A stretch of DNA of 63,230 nucleotides, the filler included, from a bacterium (GTDB lineage: Bacteria > UBP18 > UBA7526), in the NCBI GenBank assembly GCA_030615855.1. It is 6 parts of 6 records of this genome, joined end to end, with 100 filler letters (N's around TTAATTAATTAA, not from the genome) between each part and the next. Parts side by side here need not be neighbours in the genome. Positions count along the whole stretch, not along the records: positions 14,500 to 35,657 come from JAUWYL010000001.1; 5 more parts are not named here. One strand, written 5' to 3'. Position 1 is the first letter of the stretch. The number at the start of each line of letters is the position of its first letter. The notes below the pieces were generated by a model. That model was not told the origin of the DNA and ran no database searches. It worked only from the letters and a program-made list of their open reading frames with translations. This document shows, one piece after another, positions 21,244 to 30,498 of this stretch. The position numbers and the translations under genes are program-made.

Positions 21244-21950
21244 AGTCAGAAATCTGGAAGGTTGCCCATCGGGGAGCAAGCGGAGAAGCGCCAGAGAATA
21301 CCATAGCCTCTTTTAAAAGAGGCATTGCCCAGGGGGCAGAGATCATTGAAACCGATGCCCAGCTCTCCAAAGATAAGGAGATAGTCCTGCTCCACGACGA
21401 AACAGTAGAGCGCACCACGGATGGCAGAGGTAAGGTCTGTGAATTAACCTTGAAAGAACTTAAGAGTCTGGACGCTGGATCGTGGTTTGGAAAAGAATTC
21501 TCTGGCGAAAGGATTCCCACCCTCTCGGAGGTAATTGCAATTGTTCGGAGAAAGGCAAAATTAGACATCGAATTAAAGGGGAAAAACCCTCTTCTGCCCA
21601 AGGAAGTAGTAAACCTTTTAAAGAAAGAGGCTTTTATTAAAAAGGCGATTGTCTCCTCTTTCAACCACTTCTTCCTGAAAGAGGTTAAAAGGCTTAAACC
21701 CCCAATTATTACTGGGCTTTTATTCGCTACTCCTCTTCAGGAAAGGAAATGGAAGTGGGCAGATCTCATCCTGCCTAGGTATAACCTGATTACTGAAGAT
21801 TTGGTTGAGAAAGCCCATAGTAAGGGCCTGAAGATTATTGCCTGGACGGTAGATAACCCAGAAGAGATAAGAAGACTCATTGATCTGGAAGTGGATGGGA
21901 TAGCCTCCAACTACCCAGCGTTACTCACTCAGATCCTAAGGCAGGAATAA
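21240..21950 (+). CDS. Glycerophosphodiester phosphodiesterase
   Basis: AHRGASGEAPENT, ETDAQLSKD..LLHD, IPTL.E, WTVD. Confidence 0.93.
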   Translation: MKSEIWKVAHRGASGEAPENTIASFKRGIAQGAEIIETDAQLSKDKEIVLLHDETVERTTDGRGKVCELTLKELKSLDAGSWFGKEFSGERIPTLSEVIAIVRRKAKLDIELKGKNPLLPKEVVNLLKKEAFIKKAIVSSFNHFFLKEVKRLKPPIITGLLFATPLQERKWKWADLILPRYNLITEDLVEKAHSKGLKIIAWTVDNPEEIRRLIDLEVDGIASNYPALLTQILRQE

Positions 21951-21960
21951 ATAGCTTATA

Positions 21961-22043
21961 GTTCGGAGTTAGGAGTTCGGAGTTGGGAGACAAAAGAATA
22001 CACCGAACACCGAACTCAAGCCCGCAGGGCGTACTCCGAACTA
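21961..22043. repeat. GTTCGGA periodic inverted element
   Basis: Reverse-complement relative of 13738-13823. Confidence 0.8.
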
Positions 22044-22058
22044 TTAAGGGGAGGCAAA

Positions 22059-22190
22059 ATGGGAAGAGAAAAGATAAGAAGAGAAGGAGATGAGCTGGAA
22101 GAGGATCTGTTACTGCTGGAAAAGGAATTAAAAAGGGGCTATAAAAAAAGCAGAAAGAAGAGAAAGAAAAAGTGGCCTAAGGGGTGGTAG
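22059..22190 (+). CDS. Small basic protein, 43 aa (not in ORF track)
   Basis: GGAGG RBS; MGREKIRREGDELEEDLLLLEKELKRGYKKSRKKRKKKWPKGW*; stop is 1 nt before the next ATG. Confidence 0.6.
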   Translation: MGREKIRREGDELEEDLLLLEKELKRGYKKSRKKRKKKWPKGW

Positions 22191-22191
22191 C

Positions 22192-22425
22192 ATGTTTTAC
22201 TTCATTACCAATCATCTAAACTCCATCTACATTGTAATTACAGTGCTCGTCTTCCTTCAGGGTCTGAGCGCCCTCATCTTTCCTGGCAGGGTTAAGAAAG
22301 CATTCGAAAGACGGCTCACCTTGGTTAACCTTCGCATCTATGGGGGATTAATCATTCTCTTAGGAATATTACTTCTCTGGTTCTATCTCTCCACTCTGAG
22401 ACCGCTTTTCATTGCGGTAAGATAA
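22192..22425 (+). CDS. Small membrane protein (DUF2065-like)
   Basis: Two TM helices; GL..LIFP..VKK...LRIYG pattern. Confidence 0.6.
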   Translation: MFYFITNHLNSIYIVITVLVFLQGLSALIFPGRVKKAFERRLTLVNLRIYGGLIILLGILLLWFYLSTLRPLFIAVR

Positions 22426-22562
22426 CGCAGAGACGCAGAAGAGGACAGTTAGACTGGTAAATTGGTTGGATTAATTGGAATAGTTGAATAAAAATCCACC
22501 TAATCCACCTAATATACTAATCCAACTCGTTTTGCGTTGCGGCGGTTACAAAGGAGAGTGAA

Positions 22563-23099
22563 GTGGAATACAAAGTAGGCAAAACCGTTATTAGGCTTTA
22601 TCAAGGCGATATTACGGAACTGGATACCGAGGCCATCGTCAATGCGGCAAATGCCTCTCTCATTCTTGGAGGAGGGGTAGCGGGAGCCATTAGAAGAAAA
22701 GGAGGACCCAGCATCCAGGAAGAATGTAATAAGATTGGCGGGACGATGGTTGGGGAAGCAGTGGTCACCAGTGCTGGAAATTTGAAGGCAAAGTATGTCA
22801 TCCATGCTGTAGGACCGAGGTATGGGGAAGGGAATGAGGATGAGAAATTAGAGAATGCTACCTTAAACGCCCTGAAGAGAGCTCAGGAGAAGAGAGTGCG
22901 CTCCATTGCCCTTCCCGCAATATCAACTGGAATCTTTGGCTTTCCTCTGGAACGAGCAGCGAAGATTATGGTCGAAACGGTAAAGGATTTTCTGGTAATC
23001 CCATCCCCTGTAAGACTAATTGTTTTCGCCTTGTTTGATAAGGAAGCCTACGATATCTTTGCCCAAGAATTAAAGAAGCAATTTGGAAAGGAGGTATAG
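22563..23099 (+). CDS. Macro domain protein (ADP-ribose binding/hydrolase)
   Basis: GDIT, AIVNAAN..L..GGGVAGAI, VIHAVGP, PAISTGIFGFP. Confidence 0.95.
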   Translation: MEYKVGKTVIRLYQGDITELDTEAIVNAANASLILGGGVAGAIRRKGGPSIQEECNKIGGTMVGEAVVTSAGNLKAKYVIHAVGPRYGEGNEDEKLENATLNALKRAQEKRVRSIALPAISTGIFGFPLERAAKIMVETVKDFLVIPSPVRLIVFALFDKEAYDIFAQELKKQFGKEV

Positions 23100-23100
23100 T

Positions 23101-23454
23101 ATGGCAAAGGGAGTGAAGATTTTCAAGATCGGCAGCGATGTTCCAGCACCGAGAAAGAATCCTCAAACAGGGGAGTGGAAGAATATTGAGATGGAGTACA
23201 TCCAAGTAATCAATTATGGCCCCTTGGCCAAGGGTCTAACTGGGTGGACGATAAGGGACGATTCTGGAGTAAAGTTCACCTTTCCCCAGCATCAGATTAG
23301 GGTAGGCTACATTGTCAAGATAAGAACAGGAAAGAGAGCCGTTACCCAGGATAACTTCTATATGGACTATGACTATCCTTTTTGGCAGCATCCAGGGAAT
23401 ATGGCCTATCTCTATGATGCTGAAGGGAATAAGGTTGACGAGAAGATGGTATGA
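23101..23454 (+). CDS. Lamin-tail-domain protein
   Basis: EYIQVIN...LTGWTIRD...FTFP...AYLYDAEG..VD. Confidence 0.75.
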   Translation: MAKGVKIFKIGSDVPAPRKNPQTGEWKNIEMEYIQVINYGPLAKGLTGWTIRDDSGVKFTFPQHQIRVGYIVKIRTGKRAVTQDNFYMDYDYPFWQHPGNMAYLYDAEGNKVDEKMV

Positions 23455-23623
23455 TGAGGTCTCTGAAAATATAATCTTACGCGGATGGGCACAGATTAAA
23501 AGATACGGATTACACGATGCACTTCGTTGGAATCGTAGGGTGCTTGAATAAATCAGGCAATGCCACTGATTATCTGTGCCTATCCGTAAGAAATCTGTGA
23601 TGATCCGTGTTCAAGGAGGAGAA

Positions 23624-24946
23624 ATGGCGAAGGAATTAACGAGATGGAGTGTTGCCCCGAGAGAATTGATTAAAAAGGACTTTAAAAGATTAAGTAAGTT
23701 TGAACACCTGGCGACGACTGAAGAGATAGAGAACCTATTATTCGTTCAGTCTTTGGAGGGAAGGGCACATAATGGAGTAGGGGCCTTTAGGAAACGCCAC
23801 TGGATGAATACCACCATAGACGATGTGGTCAAGGCCTTAGGGCTCGATCCGGGACTGATAAAGAAGAAGCGTCAAGCATTAATCGATGATATTGTTCAGT
23901 TTGCCCAGGATGCGATAAGAGGAGAGAAGCGCGATAGATTAATTAATAAAAAAGGAGAGCCTTTTTTAGGCATCCCCTTCCTGGGAACATTTACCGTCGA
24001 TCCCTATGAAGTCCTAAGAGGACTATATATCGGGGGCCTGAGGGATAATAGCGATATTAGAAAAGAGGTTGAGGAGAAGTATAAGATCACTATTGGTGGA
24101 GGGACGTGCTATCTTGTCGATACTCGAATAATGCAGAAGATGGGATTGGATGGTGAGATATTGGCCCATATGGGCAATGAGGATAAGATAGAAGAGTATA
24201 AGAGAAAAGGCCTGATTGTTACTCCGAAAGAAGGGGAAAGAATAGATGAGGAAGTGGTAAAGTACATGTATATCCGGGATCGCATAGGACCGGGACATAG
24301 CGATGATTCAGCAATCATCAGCGCTGGTCTACTCTTTAACCTCGATTTAGCCCTGGGGGTTTTCCTATCAGACGCCATAGATACTTTAGAGAAGTATACC
24401 CCTTCCTATAAAGATCAGGATGATGAGCTCGCTTTCTATATCAGGGACAACTACCCCCAGTTAGGGGTGAGTATGGAGGATGTCTATGACATTACTTATT
24501 TAGCAACCATTATTGAAGAGAAAGAAGAGATCATTCCCGATTCTTCCTTGAGGTACCTCCTAAGTCTAAATCACAGAAGCAAGATGCCTGCCCTAGAAAA
24601 CCATCTGAACTTTATCCAGGGAACGGCAGTAGTTCCTATGGAGCTGGGCCATGCTCGGGTAGACTCTCGAAAGTTCTATGGCTACATCAAACAGCGGGTC
24701 TTTGAATTCAAGGCCAAGGCTGTTCCCTTGGTTGTTGCTGGACTGGAGAAGCCCATCGAGGAAATTATGGATAGGAGACTCACCTTTGTTGAACCCGGGA
24801 CGCCATTGAAGAAGGCCATCGAGATCATGCTTCTCGCCAAGGCAGAGCTCTTAGTAGTGGCCGATAAGAATAAGAGGATCCTGGGAATTGTTGATGCCAA
24901 GGATCTCCTCCCCCAGATAGTAACCACAAAGCCAGAAGAAAAATGA
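23624..24946 (+). CDS. Unknown protein with C-terminal CBS domain
   Basis: C-terminal IEEIMDR..TFVEPGTPLKKAIEIM...LGIVDAKDL; N-terminal ~380 aa not recognised. Confidence 0.7.
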   Translation: MAKELTRWSVAPRELIKKDFKRLSKFEHLATTEEIENLLFVQSLEGRAHNGVGAFRKRHWMNTTIDDVVKALGLDPGLIKKKRQALIDDIVQFAQDAIRGEKRDRLINKKGEPFLGIPFLGTFTVDPYEVLRGLYIGGLRDNSDIRKEVEEKYKITIGGGTCYLVDTRIMQKMGLDGEILAHMGNEDKIEEYKRKGLIVTPKEGERIDEEVVKYMYIRDRIGPGHSDDSAIISAGLLFNLDLALGVFLSDAIDTLEKYTPSYKDQDDELAFYIRDNYPQLGVSMEDVYDITYLATIIEEKEEIIPDSSLRYLLSLNHRSKMPALENHLNFIQGTAVVPMELGHARVDSRKFYGYIKQRVFEFKAKAVPLVVAGLEKPIEEIMDRRLTFVEPGTPLKKAIEIMLLAKAELLVVADKNKRILGIVDAKDLLPQIVTTKPEEK

Positions 24947-25605
24947 TTAAAGCCCGGGCCTTTATCTTTGATCTGGGCGGTACGCTCATCGATACCAAGA
25001 TGCGTTTCTATTCCATCTTCAATAGAAACTTGGAGAAATTTGGTATTAAGCCCCTTCCCTGGAAAGAGTTTCGAGAGAAATATTCTCAGGGAAAGATAAA
25101 CGATTGCATTCTTCCTAAAGGAAGCAAGAATAGAGAAGAGAGGTTGAATCAATTCTGGAAGAATCTCTCCCACGATTATAAGGGGGGGAATGACCCTCTC
25201 ATGCCAGGAGCAAAGGAAGTCCTGAGGAAGATCTATCAGGCAAAGATACCCATTGCTGCCGCTACCTATGTCATGCTTCCAAAAGAAGAGACTAAGAAGG
25301 AGCTAATAAGATACGGGATTGCGAAATTTATCCCACACATTGTTACTGCTTTCCAGGGTGAAGAAAAACGTTACCTCCCTAAGAAGGAGATCATTCCTAG
25401 GGCAATAGCCAAACTCGGGATTCCTACGAAAGACTGTGTCGTAGTAGGGGATACGGTGGAGGATGTAGAGGGAGGCAGAGAAGCAGGTGCCAAGACAGTT
25501 GCTGTTTTGAGCGGACTGGTGACCGAAAAGTATCTCAAGAAAGCAAGGCCAGACGCCATCATCGATTCTATCGCCCATCTTTTTGAGGTAGTCAAGATAA
25601 GATGA
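24943..25605 (+). CDS. HAD family hydrolase (paralog 1)
   Basis: FIFDLGGTLID, VVVGDTVEDV, KTVAVLSG. Confidence 0.88.
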   Translation: MIKARAFIFDLGGTLIDTKMRFYSIFNRNLEKFGIKPLPWKEFREKYSQGKINDCILPKGSKNREERLNQFWKNLSHDYKGGNDPLMPGAKEVLRKIYQAKIPIAAATYVMLPKEETKKELIRYGIAKFIPHIVTAFQGEEKRYLPKKEIIPRAIAKLGIPTKDCVVVGDTVEDVEGGREAGAKTVAVLSGLVTEKYLKKARPDAIIDSIAHLFEVVKIR

Positions 25606-26291
25606 GACTTAAAGTAAAGGCTTTCATCTTTGATGTCGATCAAACGCTTTTAAACACCCTGAAGCGTTTCTATATTGTCTTCAACAGGAACCTGGAGAAG
25701 CTCGGGCTAAAACCTCTGGAATACCGGGATTTCGTCAAAAAATACTCTCAGGACATCCTGGATGAGGTAGTGGCATCGCTGAGGAGTAAAGAAAGAGAGG
25801 CGAAGCTCCATCGCTTCTGGCTCTCCTTTCTGAAAGAGTTCCGCTCCTTCCGTACAGGAGAAGACCATCTCATTCCTGGGGTGAAGAAGGCCTTAGAGAG
25901 AATCTACCAGGCAAAGATACCCATCGCTGCCAATACCAACTGCATCGCCCCCGTCTCTCAAGTAAAAGAGGAACTAATTGAATTTGGAATTGGGGAATAT
26001 ATTTCTGTAATTGCTACAGGATATGAGGCAAAGGATGAATTGGCAGATGGCCATCATTTTTCCAAAAAGATGATTATCAAGAAAGCAATTACTAAACTCA
26101 AGGTTCCCGCAAAGGATTGTGTGGTTGTCGGTGATTACTATAACGATATAAAGGCAGGCAAGGCCCTGGGGACAAAGACCATCGCTGTTCTCACTGGCCT
26201 AACGGGAAGGGATTATGCAAAGAAGTTAAGACCAGATGCCATTATCGATTCCCTGGCCCACCTCTTCGATGTAGTAAAATTAGGTGATTAA
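25602..26291 (+). CDS. HAD family hydrolase (paralog 2)
   Basis: FIFDVDQTLLN, VVVGDYYNDI; clearly similar to the upstream gene. Confidence 0.9.
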   Translation: MRLKVKAFIFDVDQTLLNTLKRFYIVFNRNLEKLGLKPLEYRDFVKKYSQDILDEVVASLRSKEREAKLHRFWLSFLKEFRSFRTGEDHLIPGVKKALERIYQAKIPIAANTNCIAPVSQVKEELIEFGIGEYISVIATGYEAKDELADGHHFSKKMIIKKAITKLKVPAKDCVVVGDYYNDIKAGKALGTKTIAVLTGLTGRDYAKKLRPDAIIDSLAHLFDVVKLGD

Positions 26292-26313
26292 AGAGTTAGA
26301 AGATGGAACAAGC

Positions 26314-26343
26314 AAAAGCGAGGTTCGATACCTCGCTTTTTTA
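26314..26343 (+). terminator. Rho-independent terminator
   Basis: aaaagcgagg-ttcgata-cctcgctttttt. Confidence 0.8.
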
Positions 26344-26344
26344 T

Positions 26345-26373
26345 TAAACCTTTTTGGGTATTTATCTGTCTAA
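26345..26373 (+). promoter_or_regulatory. Putative ECF sigma promoter 1
   Basis: TAAACC-17nt-GTCTAA upstream of the sigma gene; repeated at 26947. Confidence 0.7.
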
Positions 26374-26394
26374 TTTGAAAGAAGGATAGAAGTA

Positions 26395-26949
26395 ATGAAG
26401 GATGAGGATAGCCTTTTAGTAGGCAGGTTCAAGAAGGGCGAGGAGAAAGCCTTCGATGAACTGATGAATAAGTACAAAAAGAGAATCTATTATCTTGCCT
26501 ATTCATTGACCAGTAACCATGCCGATGCTTTAGATCTATCCCAGGAGGCGTTTATCAAAGCCTACCGGTCAATTCACAGGTTTAGAGGAAGATCAAGTTT
26601 CTATACCTGGCTCTATCGAATAACAGTCAATCTTTGCTTGAATCACCTTAAAAAAGAGGCAAAGAAGAAAGAGGTATCCTTTGACGAAAGGATAGAGGTG
26701 GCCCAGGTAGATTGGTGGAGCAATCCCAAGAAGGCCCTGAAGAATAAGGAATTGCAGGAAGACCTGACAAGGGCCATCGATTCTCTACCTCCTCAGCAGA
26801 AGGCGGTCTTTACCCTGCGCCATCTGGAGGGACTATCCCATAAGGAGATTGCTTCTATATTGGGATGCTCTATTGGAAATATAAAGGCCAACCTCTTTCA
26901 GGCCCTGCAGAAATTAAGGGAGAGATTAAAAGGCTATGTCGAAGGTTAA
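26395..26949 (+). CDS. ECF sigma-70 factor
   Basis: DLSQEAFIKAY, SFYTWLYRITVN, LRHLEGLSHKEIA. Confidence 0.95.
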   Translation: MKDEDSLLVGRFKKGEEKAFDELMNKYKKRIYYLAYSLTSNHADALDLSQEAFIKAYRSIHRFRGRSSFYTWLYRITVNLCLNHLKKEAKKKEVSFDERIEVAQVDWWSNPKKALKNKELQEDLTRAIDSLPPQQKAVFTLRHLEGLSHKEIASILGCSIGNIKANLFQALQKLRERLKGYVEG

Positions 26950-26975
26950 ACCTTTTAGGGGTGTTTATTGTCTAA
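26947..26975 (+). promoter_or_regulatory. Putative ECF sigma promoter 2
   Basis: TAAACC-17nt-GTCTAA upstream of the anti-sigma gene. Confidence 0.7.
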
Positions 26976-26991
26976 TTTAGTGGAGGGGAAG

Positions 26992-27507
26992 ATGATTAGC
27001 TGTCGCAAAGTTAAAAAGTGGATGGTTGACTACCTGGAAGGAACCCTTTCCGAGAAGGAAAAGGCTCTCTTTGAAGAGCATTTGTCAAAATGCTCCCAGT
27101 GTGCCCAGGAGGTAAAGGCCTTGGTGAAGACTCAAAGGTTAGTAAGGCTGAAGGTAAGGGAAGAGATGCCCGAAGGCTTCTGGACCCATTATCTGCCTAG
27201 ACTGAGAAGAAGGTTGGAAGAAAAACCACTCCCCAGGCTGGCGTGGCGACCGGTTCCTGCCTTAGCCCTTGCCACGGCAACTGCCCTAGTTTTACTCGTA
27301 GTAGTAGCCATTAGTCTATTGAGAACTCCCAGCCTTAATCTGGAGAATCTTCCCAGAGAGGTTCTGGTAGAAGAAGTGATGGCCTCTAATTCTGAACTCG
27401 ATTATTTCATTGCCGAATCCTTTGAACCAGAAGAGATTGCTCAGGCTCTGATTCCTCAAGAGATGCTCAATTCTTTGATAGACAGTAACCAGGAATTATC
27501 ATTATGA
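26992..27507 (+). CDS. Zinc-finger (ZAS/zf-HC2) membrane anti-sigma factor
   Basis: HLSKCSQC motif plus a TM helix; follows the ECF sigma. Confidence 0.88.
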   Translation: MISCRKVKKWMVDYLEGTLSEKEKALFEEHLSKCSQCAQEVKALVKTQRLVRLKVREEMPEGFWTHYLPRLRRRLEEKPLPRLAWRPVPALALATATALVLLVVVAISLLRTPSLNLENLPREVLVEEVMASNSELDYFIAESFEPEEIAQALIPQEMLNSLIDSNQELSL

Positions 27508-27590
27508 ACTTTATCCGTGCTAATCCGTGTTTTTGAGCTAACACAATAAGCAGTAAAAAAGAATCCGTGTCTAAAAGGGAGGTGAGAAGT

Positions 27591-28178
27591 ATGAAACTCT
27601 CTAAGAAGTATCTGGCCGTTATTGGCGGAGTAGCCCTGATTGTCCTGCTGACCGGTGTTACAGCTGGGGCCTCGGAGGAGGCTGCTGAAAAGAGAAGGCC
27701 TGCTCAGTCCCGTATCCCCGGGAGGGAAAGATCAAAGGAGATGCTTGAGACCATTAGGACAGTGCGTACTATAGAGACTCTGAAACTGACTGAACAGCAG
27801 ATTGCCCAGTTCCTTCCAAAGCAGCGGCAGATGAAAGAGATGAGGGAAAACTATTTTAAGGTACGTAAGGTAAAGATGGAGAAATTGGCGAAACTCCTGG
27901 AAAGTAAAGCCTCTCCTCGGGTTTTAGAAAAAGCTTTGGCTGAGATAAAAGCCGATAAGGAAAAATTTCAAGCAGAGAATAAAGCCTTACGGGCTGAGAT
28001 CGATAGCATCCTAACTCCAGAACAACGGGCAAGACTCATTATTTTTGAAAGGGACTTCCGCAAGGAGATGCGGAAGATGCTAAAGGGGCCTTCCAAAAGA
28101 GAAAAGTCATCAGAGAAAAGAAAGGGAACAAAAAGTCAGAGAGAAGGTTCCCCGAGGGGTAGCGAGCGCGGAAAGTAA
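27591..28178 (+). CDS. Periplasmic Spy/CpxP-like helical protein
   Basis: Signal peptide; LKLTEQQ and ILTPEQR (LTxxQ) motifs. Confidence 0.7.
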   Translation: MKLSKKYLAVIGGVALIVLLTGVTAGASEEAAEKRRPAQSRIPGRERSKEMLETIRTVRTIETLKLTEQQIAQFLPKQRQMKEMRENYFKVRKVKMEKLAKLLESKASPRVLEKALAEIKADKEKFQAENKALRAEIDSILTPEQRARLIIFERDFRKEMRKMLKGPSKREKSSEKRKGTKSQREGSPRGSERGK

Positions 28179-28259
28179 GGTAAGGAAAGGCAGGGCAGAG
28201 TTTATCCGCGGTACCTGACCTGCCTCTTACCTCCTTTAATTTTAATAAGAAGAAAAAAG

Positions 28260-29543
28260 ATGGGTAATAGTTTAATGAAATATTCCAAATGGTTCAAGAT
28301 TCCATTGCTTTTGCATTTATCTCTCATCTTCTCTATTAGCCTCCATGCTGAAGAGATATTTACCTGGGAAGAGTGCGTTAAGATAGCGAAAAAGAATCAT
28401 CCGGATTTAGTTTCCGCCGAAGAGAAGTTAAATCAGGCCAAAGCGAATAAAGCGATTACTACCAGTAACCTCCTTCCTCAAATAGATAGCAGTTTGAGCG
28501 AGAAGACTTCAAAATCAGCTACTACTAAAGATAAGACCGATACCTATTCTTACGAGGTTACTGGAAAACAGTTATTATTTGACGGTTTAAAGACTCCCTA
28601 TGATATAGCCCAGGCTAAGGAGGAGATCAAGTCTTCACAGTTTAATTACGAAGTCACCTCATCCAATGTGAGGTTAAGATTAAGAAAGGCCTTTGTTAAA
28701 CTCTTAAGGGCCCAGGAACTTTTAAGTATTACAGAAGAGATTGCCCAGCGCCGGAAACAAAACGCAGAGTTAGTAAAATTGCGTTACAAGGCAGGAAGAG
28801 AACATAAAGGTTCACTCTTAACCGCAGAGGCAAATTTAGCCCAGGCAGAATTTGAAGTATCTCAGGCAAGGCGTAATATTAGATTAGCCCAGAGGCGGTT
28901 GAATAAAGAATTAGGTCGCACAAAGTTCGTACCACTTAGAGTGAAAGGAGTTTTTGGGATTATTTATTCCGATAGAGAAAGGCTTAACTTTGAAGATTTG
29001 GCCGAGCATACTCCTTTTCTGCAGGATCTCATTGCCCAGAAAGAAGCAGCAAGGTTTGGTTTAAAGTCAGCCAAAGCAGATTTCTTTCCCCAAATCTACG
29101 CCAGCACCAGCTATGGGAAAACCGCCTCCGACTGGCCGCCTGACCGGGAAGCATGGTCGGTGGGGGCAACTATTTCCCTTCCTATCTTTGAAGGCGCGAA
29201 GCGCTGGGCCACAGTTTCTAAGTCCCGGGCAAAATTGGACCAGACACAGGCTGATGAACGAAGCGGTCGGGACAGTGTTATTTTTACTTTAGAGGAGACC
29301 TGGACAGAATTTCAGGATGCCATAGACAAAGCCCAGGTGCAGAAGAAGTTTTTAAACGCAGCCGAAGAACGAGCAAAGATTGCTCAAACCCAGTATTCCA
29401 GCGGCCTGATCACATTCAATGACTGGATTATCATTGAGGATAACTTAGTTAGCACCAAGAAATCTTTTTTGGATGCTCAAGCAGATGCTCTTATAACTGA
29501 GGCTAATTGGATTCAAGCCAAAGGAGGAACCCTGGATGATTAA
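28260..29543 (+). CDS. TolC family outer membrane efflux protein
   Basis: Signal peptide; OEP-like repeats (NHPDL, LLPQI, FFPQI, LPIFEG). Confidence 0.88.
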   Translation: MGNSLMKYSKWFKIPLLLHLSLIFSISLHAEEIFTWEECVKIAKKNHPDLVSAEEKLNQAKANKAITTSNLLPQIDSSLSEKTSKSATTKDKTDTYSYEVTGKQLLFDGLKTPYDIAQAKEEIKSSQFNYEVTSSNVRLRLRKAFVKLLRAQELLSITEEIAQRRKQNAELVKLRYKAGREHKGSLLTAEANLAQAEFEVSQARRNIRLAQRRLNKELGRTKFVPLRVKGVFGIIYSDRERLNFEDLAEHTPFLQDLIAQKEAARFGLKSAKADFFPQIYASTSYGKTASDWPPDREAWSVGATISLPIFEGAKRWATVSKSRAKLDQTQADERSGRDSVIFTLEETWTEFQDAIDKAQVQKKFLNAAEERAKIAQTQYSSGLITFNDWIIIEDNLVSTKKSFLDAQADALITEANWIQAKGGTLDD

Positions 29544-30498
29544 AAGATGGAAAATTTATCTAAGTTTACTGATTGCCCTGACTATAGTTATCGTTTTAAT
29601 AGTGAAGATAAGACAAGGTAAAACCACCAAGGAGATTATTAAAGAAATAAATCCTACCTATGGAAAGATTGAGGTCTTTATTTCTACTACCGGCACTGTT
29701 CAACCCCAAAACAGATTAGAAATAAAGCCGTCTATTGATGGACGCATCGAGAGTATTTTGGTAAACGAAGGCGATAAAATTAGGAAGGGCCAGATTTTAG
29801 CCTGGATGAGTTCCACAGAAAGGGCCGCCCTCTTAGACGCCGCCCGGCCCCAGGGCGAAGAGGTTTTAAAATATTGGCGGGAGGCTTATAAGCCTACCCC
29901 TTTAATAGCCCCTATAAATGGTGAGGTAATTGTGCGGGCGGTTGAGCCGGGACAGACGGTGACCTCCACCACCCCGGTATTAGTATTATCAGACCGCCTC
30001 ATAGTAAAAGCTCAGGTCGATGAGACCGACATCGGCAAGATAAAACTCGGACAGAAAGCAATGGTTAGCTTAAATGCTTATCCAGAACATAAAGTAAAAT
30101 CAAAAGTTGATCACATAGCCTATGAGTCAAAGGTGGTAAATAATGTTACCATTTATGAAGTCGATGTACTTCCCCAAAAAATACCCGGGGTTTTCCGTTC
30201 AGGCATGAGTGCCAATGTAAAGATAACAGAGTTAAGCAAAGAGGATATTTTACTTATACCTGTGGAAGCTGTTAAAAGAGACCAAAAAGGCAGTTTTGTT
30301 CTCTTCAGTCCGGGGCCGGGTGAAGAACTTGTTAAACGTAGGGTCAAACCCGGTATTTCTGATGATGATAATATAGAAATTATTTCCGGGCTGAAGACAA
30401 CAGACACCATAATAATAAAGACCCAAAAGTATGCTCTCCCCAAAAGTAAAAGTCAAAGCAGTCCTTTCATGCCTTCCAGGAAAAAGAAATCGAGATGA
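29536..30498 (+). CDS. Efflux periplasmic adaptor (MacA-like)
   Basis: TGTVQP, GRIESILVNEGD, APINGEV, VDETDIGKIKLGQ. Confidence 0.9.
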   Translation: MIKRWKIYLSLLIALTIVIVLIVKIRQGKTTKEIIKEINPTYGKIEVFISTTGTVQPQNRLEIKPSIDGRIESILVNEGDKIRKGQILAWMSSTERAALLDAARPQGEEVLKYWREAYKPTPLIAPINGEVIVRAVEPGQTVTSTTPVLVLSDRLIVKAQVDETDIGKIKLGQKAMVSLNAYPEHKVKSKVDHIAYESKVVNNVTIYEVDVLPQKIPGVFRSGMSANVKITELSKEDILLIPVEAVKRDQKGSFVLFSPGPGEELVKRRVKPGISDDDNIEIISGLKTTDTIIIKTQKYALPKSKSQSSPFMPSRKKKSR

